64,000 nucleotides of DNA from NCBI GenBank assembly GCA_001244265.2, contig CDLV01000017.1, positions 310,001-374,000 on the forward strand. The letters are read 5' to 3'. The number at the start of each line of letters is the position of its first letter. The first letter of the stretch is position 1. Origin of the DNA: Microbotryum violaceum. Its lineage: Eukaryota. The position numbers and the translations under genes were made by a program. Below the pieces are notes generated by a model. That model was not told the DNA's origin, did not search any database, and saw only the letters and a list, made by a program, of their open reading frames with translations. Shown here in pieces: positions 1 to 12,266 of the stretch.

Positions 1-1984
1 AGACGAGCAAGGATAAGAAGACCTCGTTCGTCGTCGGGCAGTACTTGAGGATGCGCAACAGGTACGCCTCGATCGAGATGGCGGGGATGTTCCGTGCGTG
101 AAAGCAGAGTGTTGCGGAGGCAGACGAGAGGGCGTTCGACGAAGCCGTGAGGAGCGACGTACTCGGCGGTTCGGCGAGTTTCGGACTCGGTGGCTTCACT
201 GGTACTGAAGGCGATGAGGCCGAAGCGGTTCGACTCGACCCCTGACTCAGTGCTGTCGACGACGCGCCGGCGTTCGAGCTGGACCGAATGTTGGCCCTCG
301 GGTCCTCGTATTGCTTCTTGAGGAAACTGTTCCCTCTCCTCCGCGACAGAGGAATGGGCGCATGCGTGCCTCCCAGGCTAGGCATAAAACCCTCGACGCC
401 CCCCCCTGCCCCAACTTCTCGCAAGAGATCGACGCCAGGGGTGACGGGCATCTCTTCTGCCGGTGTCGCAGCACCCGAGGGGCCAGCAGAGGAGGAGGAG
501 TCATCCTCGTCCTCAGGTACACCACGTCGATACCTCGGCGTGGCAGGCGAGTTGAGCGGGGCCGCATCGAACCGACCCGCCTGGAAAGCTTGCAACGTTT
601 CGGCATCGTCCTCGTTCCTATTCCTGTGTGCACCACCTGGTGTATTCCGCCCCGAGCTCGACTGCGAAGACACCGCCGAAGCCGATGCATTACGCTGACG
701 CAGCACGTCGTTGGCCTGGGCGATCTGGTCAAGCAGCGATGCGAGCAGTCGAAGCAGATCCGCCGAAGGGTAGTTGACGATGTCGACATGCCGATGGGGC
801 TCGGCTGCGGGCGGAACATCGGATGTTATGGTCTGATCGCCATCGACGTTGGATATCGGTGGTGCGGTCGGGGCAGAGACGGAGTCGCGCTGATCCGAGT
901 CCTCGATTTGCATCGGTTGATCATCACCGACCAGATCCGCTTCGGTGTCGGCCGCATCTCCGTCGTCATCGATCGCGGACTCATCGTTCTCCGCGTGTGC
1001 TCCACTCTGGTATCCTTGCCCCCCACCAGAAGCAGAAACACCGGTCTCGAAGCTGCCCATCCTCGCCGCTTTCCGCCTCGCAGGCCGAGTCGGATCCCGT
1101 GTCGCCTTGGATGACGAGGAGGATGTCGCACTCGGAGCGGCATCGTCGTTCCAGGTCAAGTGGGCGGACGAACTCCCCGAGGACAGCGTCGATGCTCTTC
1201 TCGTTTTGGGCGGCGGCGCGGCAGAGGTCGAGGGTGCGGCAGAAGAGGTCCAGCTCGCACTCGAACCCGCGGCACCAGGGATGGGCGCAAGTTGTTTCGC
1301 CGTTGCGGTCAAGCAGGATGACGTGCGCGGCTCCGTCTCTTGTACGGACAAGCCGGCTAAAGCCAAAGGTGCCGAGTCGTCATGATGCGGGGGCTGGTGG
1401 TGGTGCTGCGGCGGGGCGTGAAGCGACGGCGACAACGATCGTGATGTCGTAGGTACGTCGACGCTCATGGAGGAAGCGCGAGGCGGGGCGTAGGTCGCGG
1501 GGCTTTCGCCGCCGCCGTCGACAGGGGTGCCTCGCGAGCTGGGATCCGCGGTGGCTCTGTCGTGGCTGCTGCTGCTGTGGCTGCTGCTGGTGCTGACCCG
1601 GTCAAACGAGATGTCGCGAGGACGTCGCTCTTGGGGTACAAAGTCACGACCCTTGCTGAGCTGTCGACCCGAACCCAAGGAGTGCGTACCTGTGTGGCCT
1701 TCCGAACCCGAGGTGCCGAACAAGGACGAGGACGAGGTGAAAGCGGAGGAAGGTGGGGAGCTCGACGAGGCCGACGACGGTGAGGGGGAAGGGGAGGTCG
1801 GCTCGAGGGTATGTGGTTGCGAGTCGGGGTCGTGACGGTCGAGTTGGGTCGTCGCGTATTGGGGTAGGAAGGTCGAGTTGGGTGCGGGGGCGAACAAAGG
1901 CGTCGACATCAAGTGAAGGCTGTGGTGTGCTGCCGCCGCGCCAAAGTGGGAGCGAGTCTCGAGGTCGCGTCGACGACTGTCCAT
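1..1984 (-). CDS. Pho85/Pho80-type cyclin (Pcl6/7-like), runs off the window start
   Basis: Minus-strand frame open from ATG at 1984 to position 2. It encodes HVDIVNYPSADLLRLLASLLDQIAQANDVL and, near position 1, FHARNIPAISIEAYLLRILKYCPTTNEVFLSLLV, a Pho80-like cyclin box. Missing from the ORF track because no stop lies in the window. Confidence 0.85.
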   Translation of the reverse strand, partial: MDSRRRDLETRSHFGAAAAHHSLHLMSTPLFAPAPNSTFLPQYATTQLDRHDPDSQPHTLEPTSPSPSPSSASSSSPPSSAFTSSSSLFGTSGSEGHTGTHSLGSGRQLSKGRDFVPQERRPRDISFDRVSTSSSHSSSSHDRATADPSSRGTPVDGGGESPATYAPPRASSMSVDVPTTSRSLSPSLHAPPQHHHQPPHHDDSAPLALAGLSVQETEPRTSSCLTATAKQLAPIPGAAGSSASWTSSAAPSTSAAPPPKTRRASTLSSGSSSAHLTWNDDAAPSATSSSSSKATRDPTRPARRKAARMGSFETGVSASGGGQGYQSGAHAENDESAIDDDGDAADTEADLVGDDQPMQIEDSDQRDSVSAPTAPPISNVDGDQTITSDVPPAAEPHRHVDIVNYPSADLLRLLASLLDQIAQANDVLRQRNASASAVSSQSSSGRNTPGGAHRNRNEDDAETLQAFQAGRFDAAPLNSPATPRYRRGVPEDEDDSSSSAGPSGAATPAEEMPVTPGVDLLREVGAGGGVEGFMPSLGGTHAPIPLSRRRGNSFLKKQYEDPRANIRSSSNAGASSTALSQGSSRTASASSPSVPVKPPSPKLAEPPSTSLLTASSNALSSASATLCFHARNIPAISIEAYLLRILKYCPTTNEVFLSLLV

Positions 1985-3195
1985 GACGAAGGAGGTGGGT
2001 AGGTATGTTCAAAGGCACAGCGTGTTAGTGACTGAGACAACCGGCGCATGAGAAGGGGACAGGGAGGAAGAGGGACTGCGAGTGCTGCTGCTGCTGCTGC
2101 TGCTGCGCACAACGCTATAAGGAAGGGCGAGCGAGCCCCGTGCGAGTAGCTGAGGTGGAGCGGCTCCACGAAGCAGCGCGCCGCGCGATCCACTTCGCGA
2201 CGAGGGCCCAAGTGACGCCCCTGCACCGCGCCAGTTCCCACGTCCAATAAACCAGATGAGGTACTGTGCGTGTCAAGCAAAGCACCGGATCTGATTGACA
2301 ATCCAATCCCATGAGTCACAGGGGACCGAGTGTAGCAATCCTTCCCCGTAGCGACTCCCACACTCTCCCGAGTCCCATCCCCCGACCATTCCGTGCCCAG
2401 ACCGCCGCTCGTCGACGCTCGGGTGCGACGATCGCCCACCGACCAGCCCAAGCCCCAGGCCGACCTCAGGCAGCCTCAGGCTCACGGTCCTCGCGGCCTG
2501 GCCCCGCCCGCCGGTCGAGGGACAATACATGCGCATGAGAGCACACTCCAGCTCCCCAACCTGCCGTCCAGCTCGTACCCAGCCCCTCTAAACCAACTCT
2601 TATCTCTCAGATCGACAATATGATCTGGTCCAGCATGCGAGGGAGGACCTCGACCGACCACGACTGAGGTCCCGTCGTCATGTGTGAAAGAGACGACTTA
2701 CATTCTCAAACGATGACCGACGTCCGAGCCTCGTTCCTTGGTTTGCTGTGGTTGTTGGGTTTGGAGCTGATGTGGGGTTGCTCAGACGCTCTCGACCTCG
2801 ACCGACAACGACCTCGATCTCCGCGTTGAGGATCAGAGCGGAGCGCAAGTGGAAGGAGGGCACTGGCCGTGCACACTCTAGGAACGTGTTGCCCATCTCC
2901 GGCTAAAGCGATCCGCCCCGCAGCGCGAATATCAGGCCAGATGACGGCGGTGATTTCGTCTCTTCCACGAGACAGAAATTTGAACAGTTATTATTTTACT
3001 GGTTTCTCCATTGTAGCACTTTCGCTGAACTGCTGAAAACACGGAACCCGGCCGGGAGCGCACAGACGAGGACCGAGTCTGAGCTGTCTCTGACGCAAGA
3101 CCGCCGCCGGAAACCCATGTGTGAATGCAAGTGATATTACAAGAAAATGTGACCCGCCCGGTCTTCCATAGAAAGACGCCGGGCAGCGTGATCAT

Positions 3196-4637
3196 CTACT
3201 CCTCGTCCTGAGCCAACCGTCTCAGTGTCTCAAATCCACCGGCCTTCCTGACCCTGCAAGAATCAGAAGCAAATGCAGAAGCGGCTGACCCTCACAATCA
3301 GTATCTCGAGAACCAGCCATAAAAAACCAAGAAAAACTTCAACTCACGCCCTCATGATCTCCCCCTTCGTCTTCTGCCACACGTTCGCCTTGCGATCCCG
3401 AGTCATGCGGTCGACATCGTCGTCGTACTTTTTGACCAACGCGACGAGCCAATCGTATTCGAACTCGGACGTATGTCGAACGACCTTGGTTTCGGTAGCT
3501 GCCAAAGCTTCCAGGGCTGCATCGCGAATGATTCGAACCAGATGTGTCAGTGTACACTTCCTCTAGGGCAACTCCCCACCACTTTGGCGATCGGAACTGA
3601 CTTTTTACGACTTCGGTCTTTGGCTCGACGGGTCCTTTCCTCTTTGCGCCTTTGCCAATCGGTATCCCCTGTTTACCCTCGTTCATCATCTCGACCTCCT
3701 GTTCCTCCTCGATGCCCATCCATTCATCCTCGTCCCAGTCCTTCATCGGTTCGCCCCAAGGTGTCTCCTTCCCATCCTCCACATCGTCCTCGTCCTCGTC
3801 TTCATCCTCTTGATCGTGCATTGACCGGTCCACAGCTTTGACCTGTTGTACAATCTCCGGGCCCCCTTTCAGACCCGGTAAGACGATCCTCAACGCCTTG
3901 CCCGTCACAGGATCCCTTTCGATCCTGCCCAACCCAGGTACCAAAGCCTTCTCCTTCTTCTCTACGATCCCCTGCCCCTCTCCATCTTCCCCCTCTTCTC
4001 CCTCATCGGAGTCACCATCCTGTTCGGGGTCGTAGGTTTCTAAATCTTGCATCGTCGCTTCGGTCATGCGATCCAAGGCGAAGGGGGTTGATTCGAGCGG
4101 TTCCAATCCACCGGCTTGACGAGGGTTCAGGGCGGGTAGCAGGCCGAGGGCTCGGTAGCTAAAAGGGGGCACGTGTCGAGGTGAGCACGTTGGGATCAGT
4201 GAACTGTTCAACTTATTCCTTGGAAGAGGATTCCGGAAGAGGATTCCGGAAGAGGATTCCGGAAGAGGATTCCGGAAGAGGAAAGGATGTTGGATCGTTT
4301 CTGCCTCTGCTCCTCGACCGAGACGGAGGGAGAACAAAGTCCGACAAGACTCACTTTTGTCGCACCGTCTTTCTATGTACCTCCAAAGCCCAACCCCAGA
4401 CCGTACACCAAAACACACACCAAAAAATGTCAGCAATCTTAATCACCCCTAACCCCAACCCCAAACCTCTAACCGCCTGGCCTTGAATCGAATCACAACT
4501 CACGTCTTGTCCCAATTCTCGACCAACACCTGCGGCCCTTTCACGATCACCTTGTGCTTGTTCTTGACGCTCTTCTTACTGTTGCTAATTTTGTTGGTTC
4601 CCGAACGCGCTTTACGGCGCTGGCGGGGGTTCGCCAT
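3196..4637 (-). CDS. NOP16: Ribosome biogenesis protein Nop16 (spliced)
   Basis: N-terminus MANPRQRRKAR...ENWDK, micro-exon KTVRQN, then YRALGLL. C-terminal LVKKYDDDVDRMTRDRKANVWQKTKGEI. Last exon VRKAGGFETLRRLAQDEE* ends at 3196. Confidence 0.9.
4222..4282. repeat. 13-bp tandem repeat (GGAAGAGGATTCC) x~4.7 inside a NOP16 intron
   Basis: Read directly from sequence. Confidence 0.95.
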
Positions 4638-4924
4638 GTTGTACGCTTTGAGGTGATGGGTGGCGATGTGGAGACAGCGCAAGGGGAAGCGGAGGTCACG
4701 CTTCGAGCGTCGAGCGGGTCGTTCGGTTGCGAAGCAGCGAGACAGGGACCCCCCAAAGAAAAGTGCATATACCCAGGGTGGGGCTCATTGGCGGAGGTCC
4801 TTCCTGAGCCGGGGAAAACGTTCCACATCCATTTCGAACAGGGTGCTCGTGAATCAAGGCCAAGAAAAACCAAGCCATGCATGCAATTACAACACCCAAC
4901 CCCCGCTTCGTCTCCACTCTCTCT

Positions 4925-5929
4925 CTACTGTTCCTTCAATTCCCAACTGACCCCGCACCCACACCCGCCTTTATCACTCGCATGGGGATTCCCTTGGACC
5001 CTGAACGAACTTCCAATCAACTCGGTCGCGTAATCAATCGTGGAACCTGAAATGAGGGGGAGCGACGCCGAGTCGATGACGAGGCGGGCCGCGGAGGAAG
5101 GGGGTTGGAACAGGCTGCGAGGTGGGGGGGAAAGGGCAAAGGGGGAAGATTCAGCTCACTCTGTTCCGGTGGGGGAGCCGTTCACATCACACATTAACAA
5201 CCGATAACGTACTAATCATCCTCCTGCACCTGATCAGTGACCTGCATCTTGTACTGATACCCATGACACCCGCCCGATTCGACGGCGACGCGCAAGGCGA
5301 GTTGTGGGTTCGACGCTTGCGCTTGCGCTCGCGTGATTTGCTGTGCGGTGCATAAGTAGACAAGTATCAGTACGGGATATCGCTCTAGGTGGTTGGGGTG
5401 GGTTGCGTCGTCGGCAAGGAACCCGCTCTCGCTTGAACTCGCAAGATCACGTGCCGATCCTTCCCTCGCTCATCGCTCCTCAATCACAACCGCTACTTCC
5501 ACCCCCCACACGACCCAAGCCACACCCGAGCCAATCAAAGCATCAGAAACCCACCTGTATAGCCTGATCTGTCAAATTAATCGTATCGTCCCCCTCCTCA
5601 ACGGGTTCAAAGTCCTCGGGCGGCAAAGTCGGTGCTTGGGCCTGGATGATCATCGTCCTGTGGCCCATGGGTGGAGCAGGTCGCAGAGATGAAGGGGGGT
5701 TGCGTCGGAAAAGAAGTGTTGCTAGGGTACGTGTCGAGGGGGCTTGGGCTTTGGGAAGAGAGAAGCGAGGGAGTGGGGGCGAGGGCGATGATAATGAAGT
5801 CGAGGCTGATGACCAAGCGCGTGCGGGAGCCACCGATCGAATGACCAGATGTCGGGGTACGTTCGAGCAGAGCACACCGCATCGTTGGCAGAGCAGACTG
5901 TTGCGTGAGGTTGAAGCGAGGTGGGCCAT
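4925..5929 (-). CDS. ISA2: Mitochondrial iron-sulfur cluster assembly protein Isa2 (HesB/IscA family)
   Basis: Presequence-like N-terminus, LRVAVESGGCHGYQY, IDYATELIGSSFRV and C-terminal GGCGCGVSWELKEQ*, over three exons. Confidence 0.92.
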
Positions 5930-6272
5930 CGTCGTCCAGAGTCGTGCTGGTAGGTCGGGATGTGAGTTGTCGGAAGCGCAAGGGAGCGAGCCGCGCGCGC
6001 TTGGCCGAGGGGAAGCGAAGCGAATCGAATTTTCGAGGATGATTGAGAGCGACAATCATCGAGAGATAAACCAAAGACTTCACAGTCTTCTGGGATGGAA
6101 ATCAAAAGTCCCATCACCCTCATCATGGAGGTGCTCTGGCTTGACCCAGTGTCGGAATACCAAGAACCTCAGCAGGATTATCATGTCGTCTTGACCAATG
6201 TCGGTTACGCTCGATCCACATTTTTCAAGTCAAGATCATGCGTTCATTGCATCTTCTTCAACTCGACTCTTC

Positions 6273-7670
6273 TCACAGCCCCTTCCCATCCTTCTCCCCC
6301 TTCCCCCCCTTTTGATTCTCCCTATCTCCCTCCCCCTTGTCCTCTTTTCCGCCACCGAACCATTCCCTCGCCTTTTGTGAATCACTCTTGGCATCCTGCT
6401 TGGCCTTCTCTTCAGCCTTCTTCTTCTCTTCTTCGGTCAATTCAGGCGTGTCGTCGTCGTTGGCATCGTCTTTTTGTTCGGACGCGGCGGCCTGTTTGTT
6501 CAAGACCTGCAAAGCAGCACATGGAAATCGCAGTGTCAACTGCAGTCCCCTTTCTCACCCAAACGAACAAAAGTACCCACCAAATCGTGCAACGCAATCA
6601 CCGCCCTTATCAACGACGACAGATACATGACCAACAACTGATCGTTCGTCGCGACCGTAAAAGGTCTCCTCGTTCCCGCTTCCCCTTGTCCGGCCGTCTC
6701 GGCCGCATCCAAATTCGGCAACAAGTTGAACATATCCTGCAAGTTGTAGATGATCTGATGATTGACGGGCAAGACCCCGTCCACGACGGCCTGGAGATAA
6801 TCCTTGATTTCGTTCAGACGGGATTGGAGACCCCTCAAAGAGGAGAGTTGGTCCGACACGCGCGAGGACAATGTGCCTACGGAGAGGTTCTTGATGTCTC
6901 GTAGCAGGTGCTCGACACCTATCTCTTCGGCTTCTTCGGCTTCGATCGAGGAAGGCACGTGCAGGAAGGTTTGTTGCGTCGCCGTTCCGTCCTGCAGGGG
7001 TACGAAAACCGGCGGGGAGTAGCCTTGCTCGGGATCAGCTTTCTGCGGTCGACGCACTACCGAACACGGGTACCTCGCCCCCAAACTATCGAACGCACAT
7101 CCTTGATCTCCTCCACAGCGAAATAAGCATCCGTCGGAATGCCGACTCCGCCTCCTCGTTCCGAGTCGGGTCGCACGTCGACGATGACCATGACCGGTCT
7201 CGGGGTGTAGCGTTTGATCACCTGGTTGATCTCGAGGTCGGACGAGCGCAACTTGGGGCCGGTGTGGTACCAACCGATCAGCTTTTCGCTTGCTGTAGGT
7301 CGGCACGAGTGGGGGGAAGGGAGAGTTTCAGTTTCAGTTTCCGTCCCCGCGACGATGCAAGAGGTGGGAAGAGGGCGTGGGAGCACTGACCATTGACTTT
7401 TTTGAACATGTCATTCATGGCTTCGATGTAATTATGATCGAGGAACCAGGTCCTAGGGTCCTTGTCATCCTCTTCGAAAGGGACGGCGAACGAATTGGCG
7501 ACGTTGATACCGCCTGCACCGGGTTTGTCCTGACCGAGGAGGATGCCGACGACTCGTTTGTGCGTGCCCTTGGCGACGCGGGCGAGGTGGTCTTGGATGG
7601 ACAGGAGCACGAGAGGGTGGACGACGACGGAGCGGGAAGAAAGGGGGAGGAGGGCGTCGGTTGTGGCCAT
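6273..7670 (-). CDS. RPN8: 26S proteasome lid subunit Rpn8 (MPN domain)
   Basis: [80 protein letters not shown]. Confidence 0.96.
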
Positions 7671-8023
7671 GGTGGTGGGGACGAGGGTGGGGGAGAACGA
7701 GGAGGACGAGGAGGATCAGGTGGAGAGGTGGAGAGGTGGAGGGAGGCAATGACGACGCGCTCGAGCACGGTTGAGGACGGGGGGGGAGGGGGCAAGATGG
7801 GAGCGAGTGTCTTGCTGCGAGTCAGTATCCGAGAGTAGACTCGAAACAGACGGGCAGACGGGCAGACCGGCGGGAGATGCGGGCGAGGATGTGACACACG
7901 GGTGCACTGGATGAGCAACAACAAGAGCCAAGCCACGACCGGACTCGCGAGCCACAGTCGCACAGAGTCGCGCCTGACCCTGCTGACCTCGTTCGCGCTC
8001 GGACCCCTTCGAGCATTGAGCCC

Positions 8024-8175
8024 GCTTTGAGCTGCTTTGAGCTGCTTTGAGCTGCTTTAAGCCGCGTGACCCGGGCGTGACCCGGGCGTGACCCGGGCGT
8101 GACCCGGGCGTGACCCGGGCGTGACCCCGGGCATGACCCGGGCATGACCTGGACTTGACCGATGACCGGTGACCG
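8024..8175. repeat. Two adjacent tandem arrays in the RPN8/PEX4 divergent intergenic region: (GCTTTGAGCT)x4 and (CGTGACCCGGG)x5 perfect plus degenerate copies
   Basis: Read directly: 10-bp units at 8024-8062, 11-bp units from 8065 decaying toward ~8175. Confidence 0.95.
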
Positions 8176-8232
8176 GACCGGTGAGCCTCGACTACAGTCA
8201 CGTGCTCAGCCACCAACCCTACCTCACTAGCC

Positions 8233-9052
8233 ATGACCTCGCGCACGACCAAACGACTGCTGTCTGAACTGAACGACTTTACCAACTCGCAACAGTCCGC
8301 CTCGTCCGGGCTGATCAGTCTTGGACCACGCTCCGACTCGTCTCTCTTCGATTGGACGGCGACGATCCAAGGGCCACCCGATTCGGCTTACCAAGGTGTG
8401 CACACCCACCGACACCGGATATCAATCACTAGCTTCAGTCCAAACTCTCATGTTGTACGTGTTTACAGACCGCACCTTCGAACTGGCGATCAAGATCCCC
8501 GAAACGTACCCTGCCCACCCCCCGACGATCTCGTTCCCCAAACCCGTATTCCACCCCAATGTCCACCTCAAAGTGAGCATTGACCAATTCTGCCTCGACC
8601 GCCTCCTCCGAGCTCACCGCTGCCCCCCTCCCCCCCCCCCCCACTCTCAGACAGGCGAGATCTGCCTCGACGTCCTGAAAACCGAATGGTCCCCCGTATG
8701 GACCCTCACCTCCGCATGCCTCGCCGTCCAAGCCCTCCTCGCTGTGCCTGAACCGAGTTCTCCTCTCAACGTTGATGCTGGTCCGTCCTCGACTCGGGTG
8801 AAGGTTCGAGGGGGAAATGGGACTGATCCTTTGATTTTTTTGGGTCTCTGTGTGTGTGGGGGTGGGGTGTGTGTGTGTGTGTGTTGGGGTCCGGGTAGCG
8901 AATCTGTTGAGGTTAGGAGATCAAGTCGCTTTTAGTTCCATGGCGAGGATGTACGTGTTGTTCATTCGGGGGCATCTTTTTCGGTGATCATTGGCGCGAG
9001 TTGCCAAGTCGCTGACCGAAAAACACCCGTTTCCTCTCACAGATTCGGTTGA
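8233..9052 (+). CDS. PEX4: Ubiquitin-conjugating enzyme E2, Pex4/Ubc10-like
   Basis: KRLLSEL, WTATIQGPPDSAY, FHPNVH, catalytic GEICLDVLKTEWSPVW, PEPSSPLNVDAANLLRLGD (Pex4-type tail). Last exon and stop are uncertain. Confidence 0.8.
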
Positions 9053-9375
9053 TCACGACGTCGAATTGCAGCATGAGGTCACGTACCTTCGACGACGGAG
9101 TAGCATTCTTTCACGTGTTGTATCATCATCGCCATCTTATCGTTGTTTCGTGCGCAACGTAATTCGCGAACGACTCTTGTCAAAACACAAGAGGCAAAGC
9201 TCCTTCCTTATTGCGCACAACCAAAAACCACCAATGAACGGAACCCCACAACCCCAAAGAAAAGTTTATAAAAATGTTTCAGATCTGCGTTAGCTATCCG
9301 TAATAGAACCCCTCTCGTACCTTCCCGAACCCCGAAACACAAAAAAAAGGAACCCAAAAGTTCCTTCCCCACCTT

Positions 9376-9483
9376 CTCACGCAGGAGCTCGGTGTGATTC
9401 CGGGATCGGAAGAAGGACCAAAGAGAGCCCTGAAGCGGCGCTTGACTCTAGTTAAAAGTTGTGACGCAATCTCATCATGTGAA
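9376..9483 (-). ncRNA. Candidate box C/D snoRNA (snR66-like guide to 25S rRNA)
   Basis: Box C ATGATGA at 9478-9472. A 14-nt element AACTAGAGTCAAGC (9453-9440) is complementary to the conserved LSU rRNA segment GCTTGACTCTAGTT. D'/D boxes are degenerate. Confidence 0.45.
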
Positions 9484-10436
9484 TTAGAATGGAGCAGGTG
9501 GGATGGGGTAACGCCGATCCGTCGACTTTGGAAAGAGTCCCTCCCCCTTTTAGCGTACACGCGTGTTGGTCTAGAGAAAACATCAGGTAGAAACGAGGAG
9601 GGAAGGACGTTCCGAAAACGACGGATCGGCTCGGGACGGACGTAGGCCCTTGTGTAGAGAGGAGAGGAGGGGACGCTCGAAGCGAGGAGGGAGGAGGAAA
9701 AAGTTCACTGCACTGGACGTGGACCAAGGACGCATGAGGTGTGCCGAGGAAGAGGTGACGGATCAAAGTCCCAAGGATGGACAAAGGTCGTATGGATGAG
9801 CGATGTGGAGGTTGCTCATCGCTTCGCGTCCGAAAGATCACGACGACGAGGAAGAGGTGGGTGTGGGAGGAAAAAGAGAGAAGCGCCGCGAAACGAATCG
9901 ACGCGCGAAACGAGGCGGAAAGGGTGGCGTTGCAGGGCGTTACTAATTAGCGAAGGTCGCTGATTACGCCGAATAATAGACGCGGTGCGCCCCCGGTCAA
10001 GCAAGAGGTGGCCGGGTGTGTCCTCTTTCCCTCTATCCGACTTGCATGTGCGTAGCCTACACAAGCTCTTTCATCGTTCAACGGAAAGAAGTGTTATTTT
10101 TGTCTAGTTTCATTTTCAATTCACATACCCCCGGCACACCCACACATAATGGTACAGCTGAGAAACCCAGAACGACATCTAAGCCAAGAAGAGACTGAGA
10201 GGGGGTGACCGCATTATGTAGGGAAATAAAAATGCCACAAAAGGAAACAGGGGGGAGAGGTAAGGGTGTGTAGGAGAAGTGATGGGTTGTACGTCTGTCT
10301 GCAGCTCGAGTCTGATGGATGTGGTGGTTGGATTTTAAAGGGTCGGGCAAGGTTTGACGTCCGTTTCCAGAGTGTGGTGGTGTGAAGGTGTATGCGGAGC
10401 AGACGAACTTGCAACTCTCTCGTCTTCAAATTCGTT

Positions 10437-12266
10437 TTATATGTACTTGGAGAAGATGGGGATGAGCGTCTGCGCCAACGTGTAGGAGAAGACCAACTTG
10501 GGGCCGACGACACTAGCGTTCAGCAGGAAAAAGCAAAACGCAGGCATCAGCATCCCAAGTCAAAACTTTTTCGGACAAGTTGAACCAACTTACAGCACTT
10601 TAGGTGTCAAACCCTTGAAGAAGGCCGAGAAGCCCTCGTTCTTGATCAACTCGCGCACGATCGTCATTCCGCCGACTTTGTTCTCAAAGTTCTGGTTCTG
10701 GATGCGGGTCTGTTGTAAAAACGAAAGAACAAAACATTCATTCGCCGCATCAGTTCCCCAGTCTTCATTCAACAGCATAGAAAGAGACCCGACTGACCTT
10801 GATGACATCAAGAGGTTGCGAAATCGCGATCGATGAAACCGAACCGGCGATAGAGGCGACAAAGTTCTGATACCAGGTCGCGGTACGGTAGTCCTGCAGA
10901 CCAAAAACGTATTCCTTCGTGAACGCCGATCCTCCGAACAACTTTGGGCAAGGAAGGAGAAGTAAATCAGCGGCTCGTTCGCGAACGTGAAAAGGCTTTT
11001 CGGAGGCCTTACGGCAAATGATCCGGGTGCGTTGCGAGCGGCGGTCCATGAAGCCCCTCGGTAGAGAGCGAAGCCTTCGTCCTTGACGATGCGCAAGAAA
11101 CCGCGTGATCGGAACGCTTCGGGGTTAGTTCTGCGTATAGAGAGAAGGCGATCAGATCTTCGACTCGGCTGGCAGCGACGTCGTCTCGATCGAGTTACGT
11201 ACTGTCGCTTGATCTTGAGTACGTCCAAGGGCAAAAGAACGATTTCTCCGATACCGGTCAGACTGTAGACGGTCCCACGATATCATCAGCGTCCGGTCAA
11301 CCCCATATCCCGTCTTGAAAGGTCGCCGAGAAGAAGAGACTGACGATCCAGCGGTAGCCGACATGATAGCCTTGCCGTTCTTCTCTCCGAACGCATTGGT
11401 GAAAAAAGCACGGTGATTGGTGTTGAGGTAGTCGTTAAAGTAAGGTTGACCACCGAACCTGATCGAGACCGGAGAGGGATCAGCCCGGAACTCTCGGCGT
11501 CGGGTCCAAACCGCTCGCGGGAGCGTTGGTTAGAAACGTACTTGTACACGCGCTGAAGGACCTTGTACCCCGCAGCATATCCGAGACCGGGGAAGAGCGA
11601 CAAGAACTTTGCGCCTGTAAAGAGGGAGCAGGCAAAATGGAGGGGGAAAGAAGCGCGGAGTTTGGGAGAGCCGAAATGATCGATCAGTTACGGGCCTCAG
11701 CCTTGGTCGCGGGGGAGGGGGAGGGGAAGGGGGAGGTGGGAAAGAAAGCGGAGCTGACCTGCGGGTGCTGTAGCGTGTTGCTTGAAGACGATCTCGTTCA
11801 CGGGAAGCTGAGAGGAGGATCGAGAAGTCGCGTGTCAACAAGTGGCTTTCCGGAAGAGGTAGATATCCGGGGTGTTCTGGGGCTGGGTTATGAGGGATCA
11901 TGATGGTGTGGGTGCGAAGCGAGCACGGAGGACGGAGAACTGACTCCGACGGTCTTGTTGGACATCAATCGCTTGGCGATCGTATCGACCGGGTGGAACT
12001 GTGACGAGGTACAGGAGGTTCAGTACACCCAAAGATGATTTCCTTGGCCCACTCTTCGCCAAACTGACCAACATCAACTCGGCGATACCTATGTCGCGGG
12101 CGAACGGCGCAAGTTCCCAACTGATGGTGATTAGCTTTCGCGGCCCCTCCCCACTCGACCCTAGAAACGAGCTCCACGTGAGGGTAACAGTTGACTGACC
12201 TGCTGTTCCGGAACCAACAATACGAGCCGCATGACTGTCTTTACCCCCTGCTGCGATGGGCGACAT
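10437..12266 (-). CDS. GGC1: Mitochondrial GTP/GDP carrier (Ggc1/Yhm1), many short exons
   Basis: FHPVDTIAKRLMSN, SLFPGLGYAAGYKVLQRVYKYGGQP, TGIGEIVLLPLDVLKIKRQTNPEAFR, WTAARNAPGSFALFGGSA, FFKGLTPK...GPKLVFS. Confidence 0.95.

Noticed and set aside
10165-10200. U2 snRNA-like TCTTGGCTTAGAT on the minus strand
   Set aside because: Lacks the following CAAGTGTAGTA branch-pairing sequence and an Sm site; probably GGC1 3' flank.
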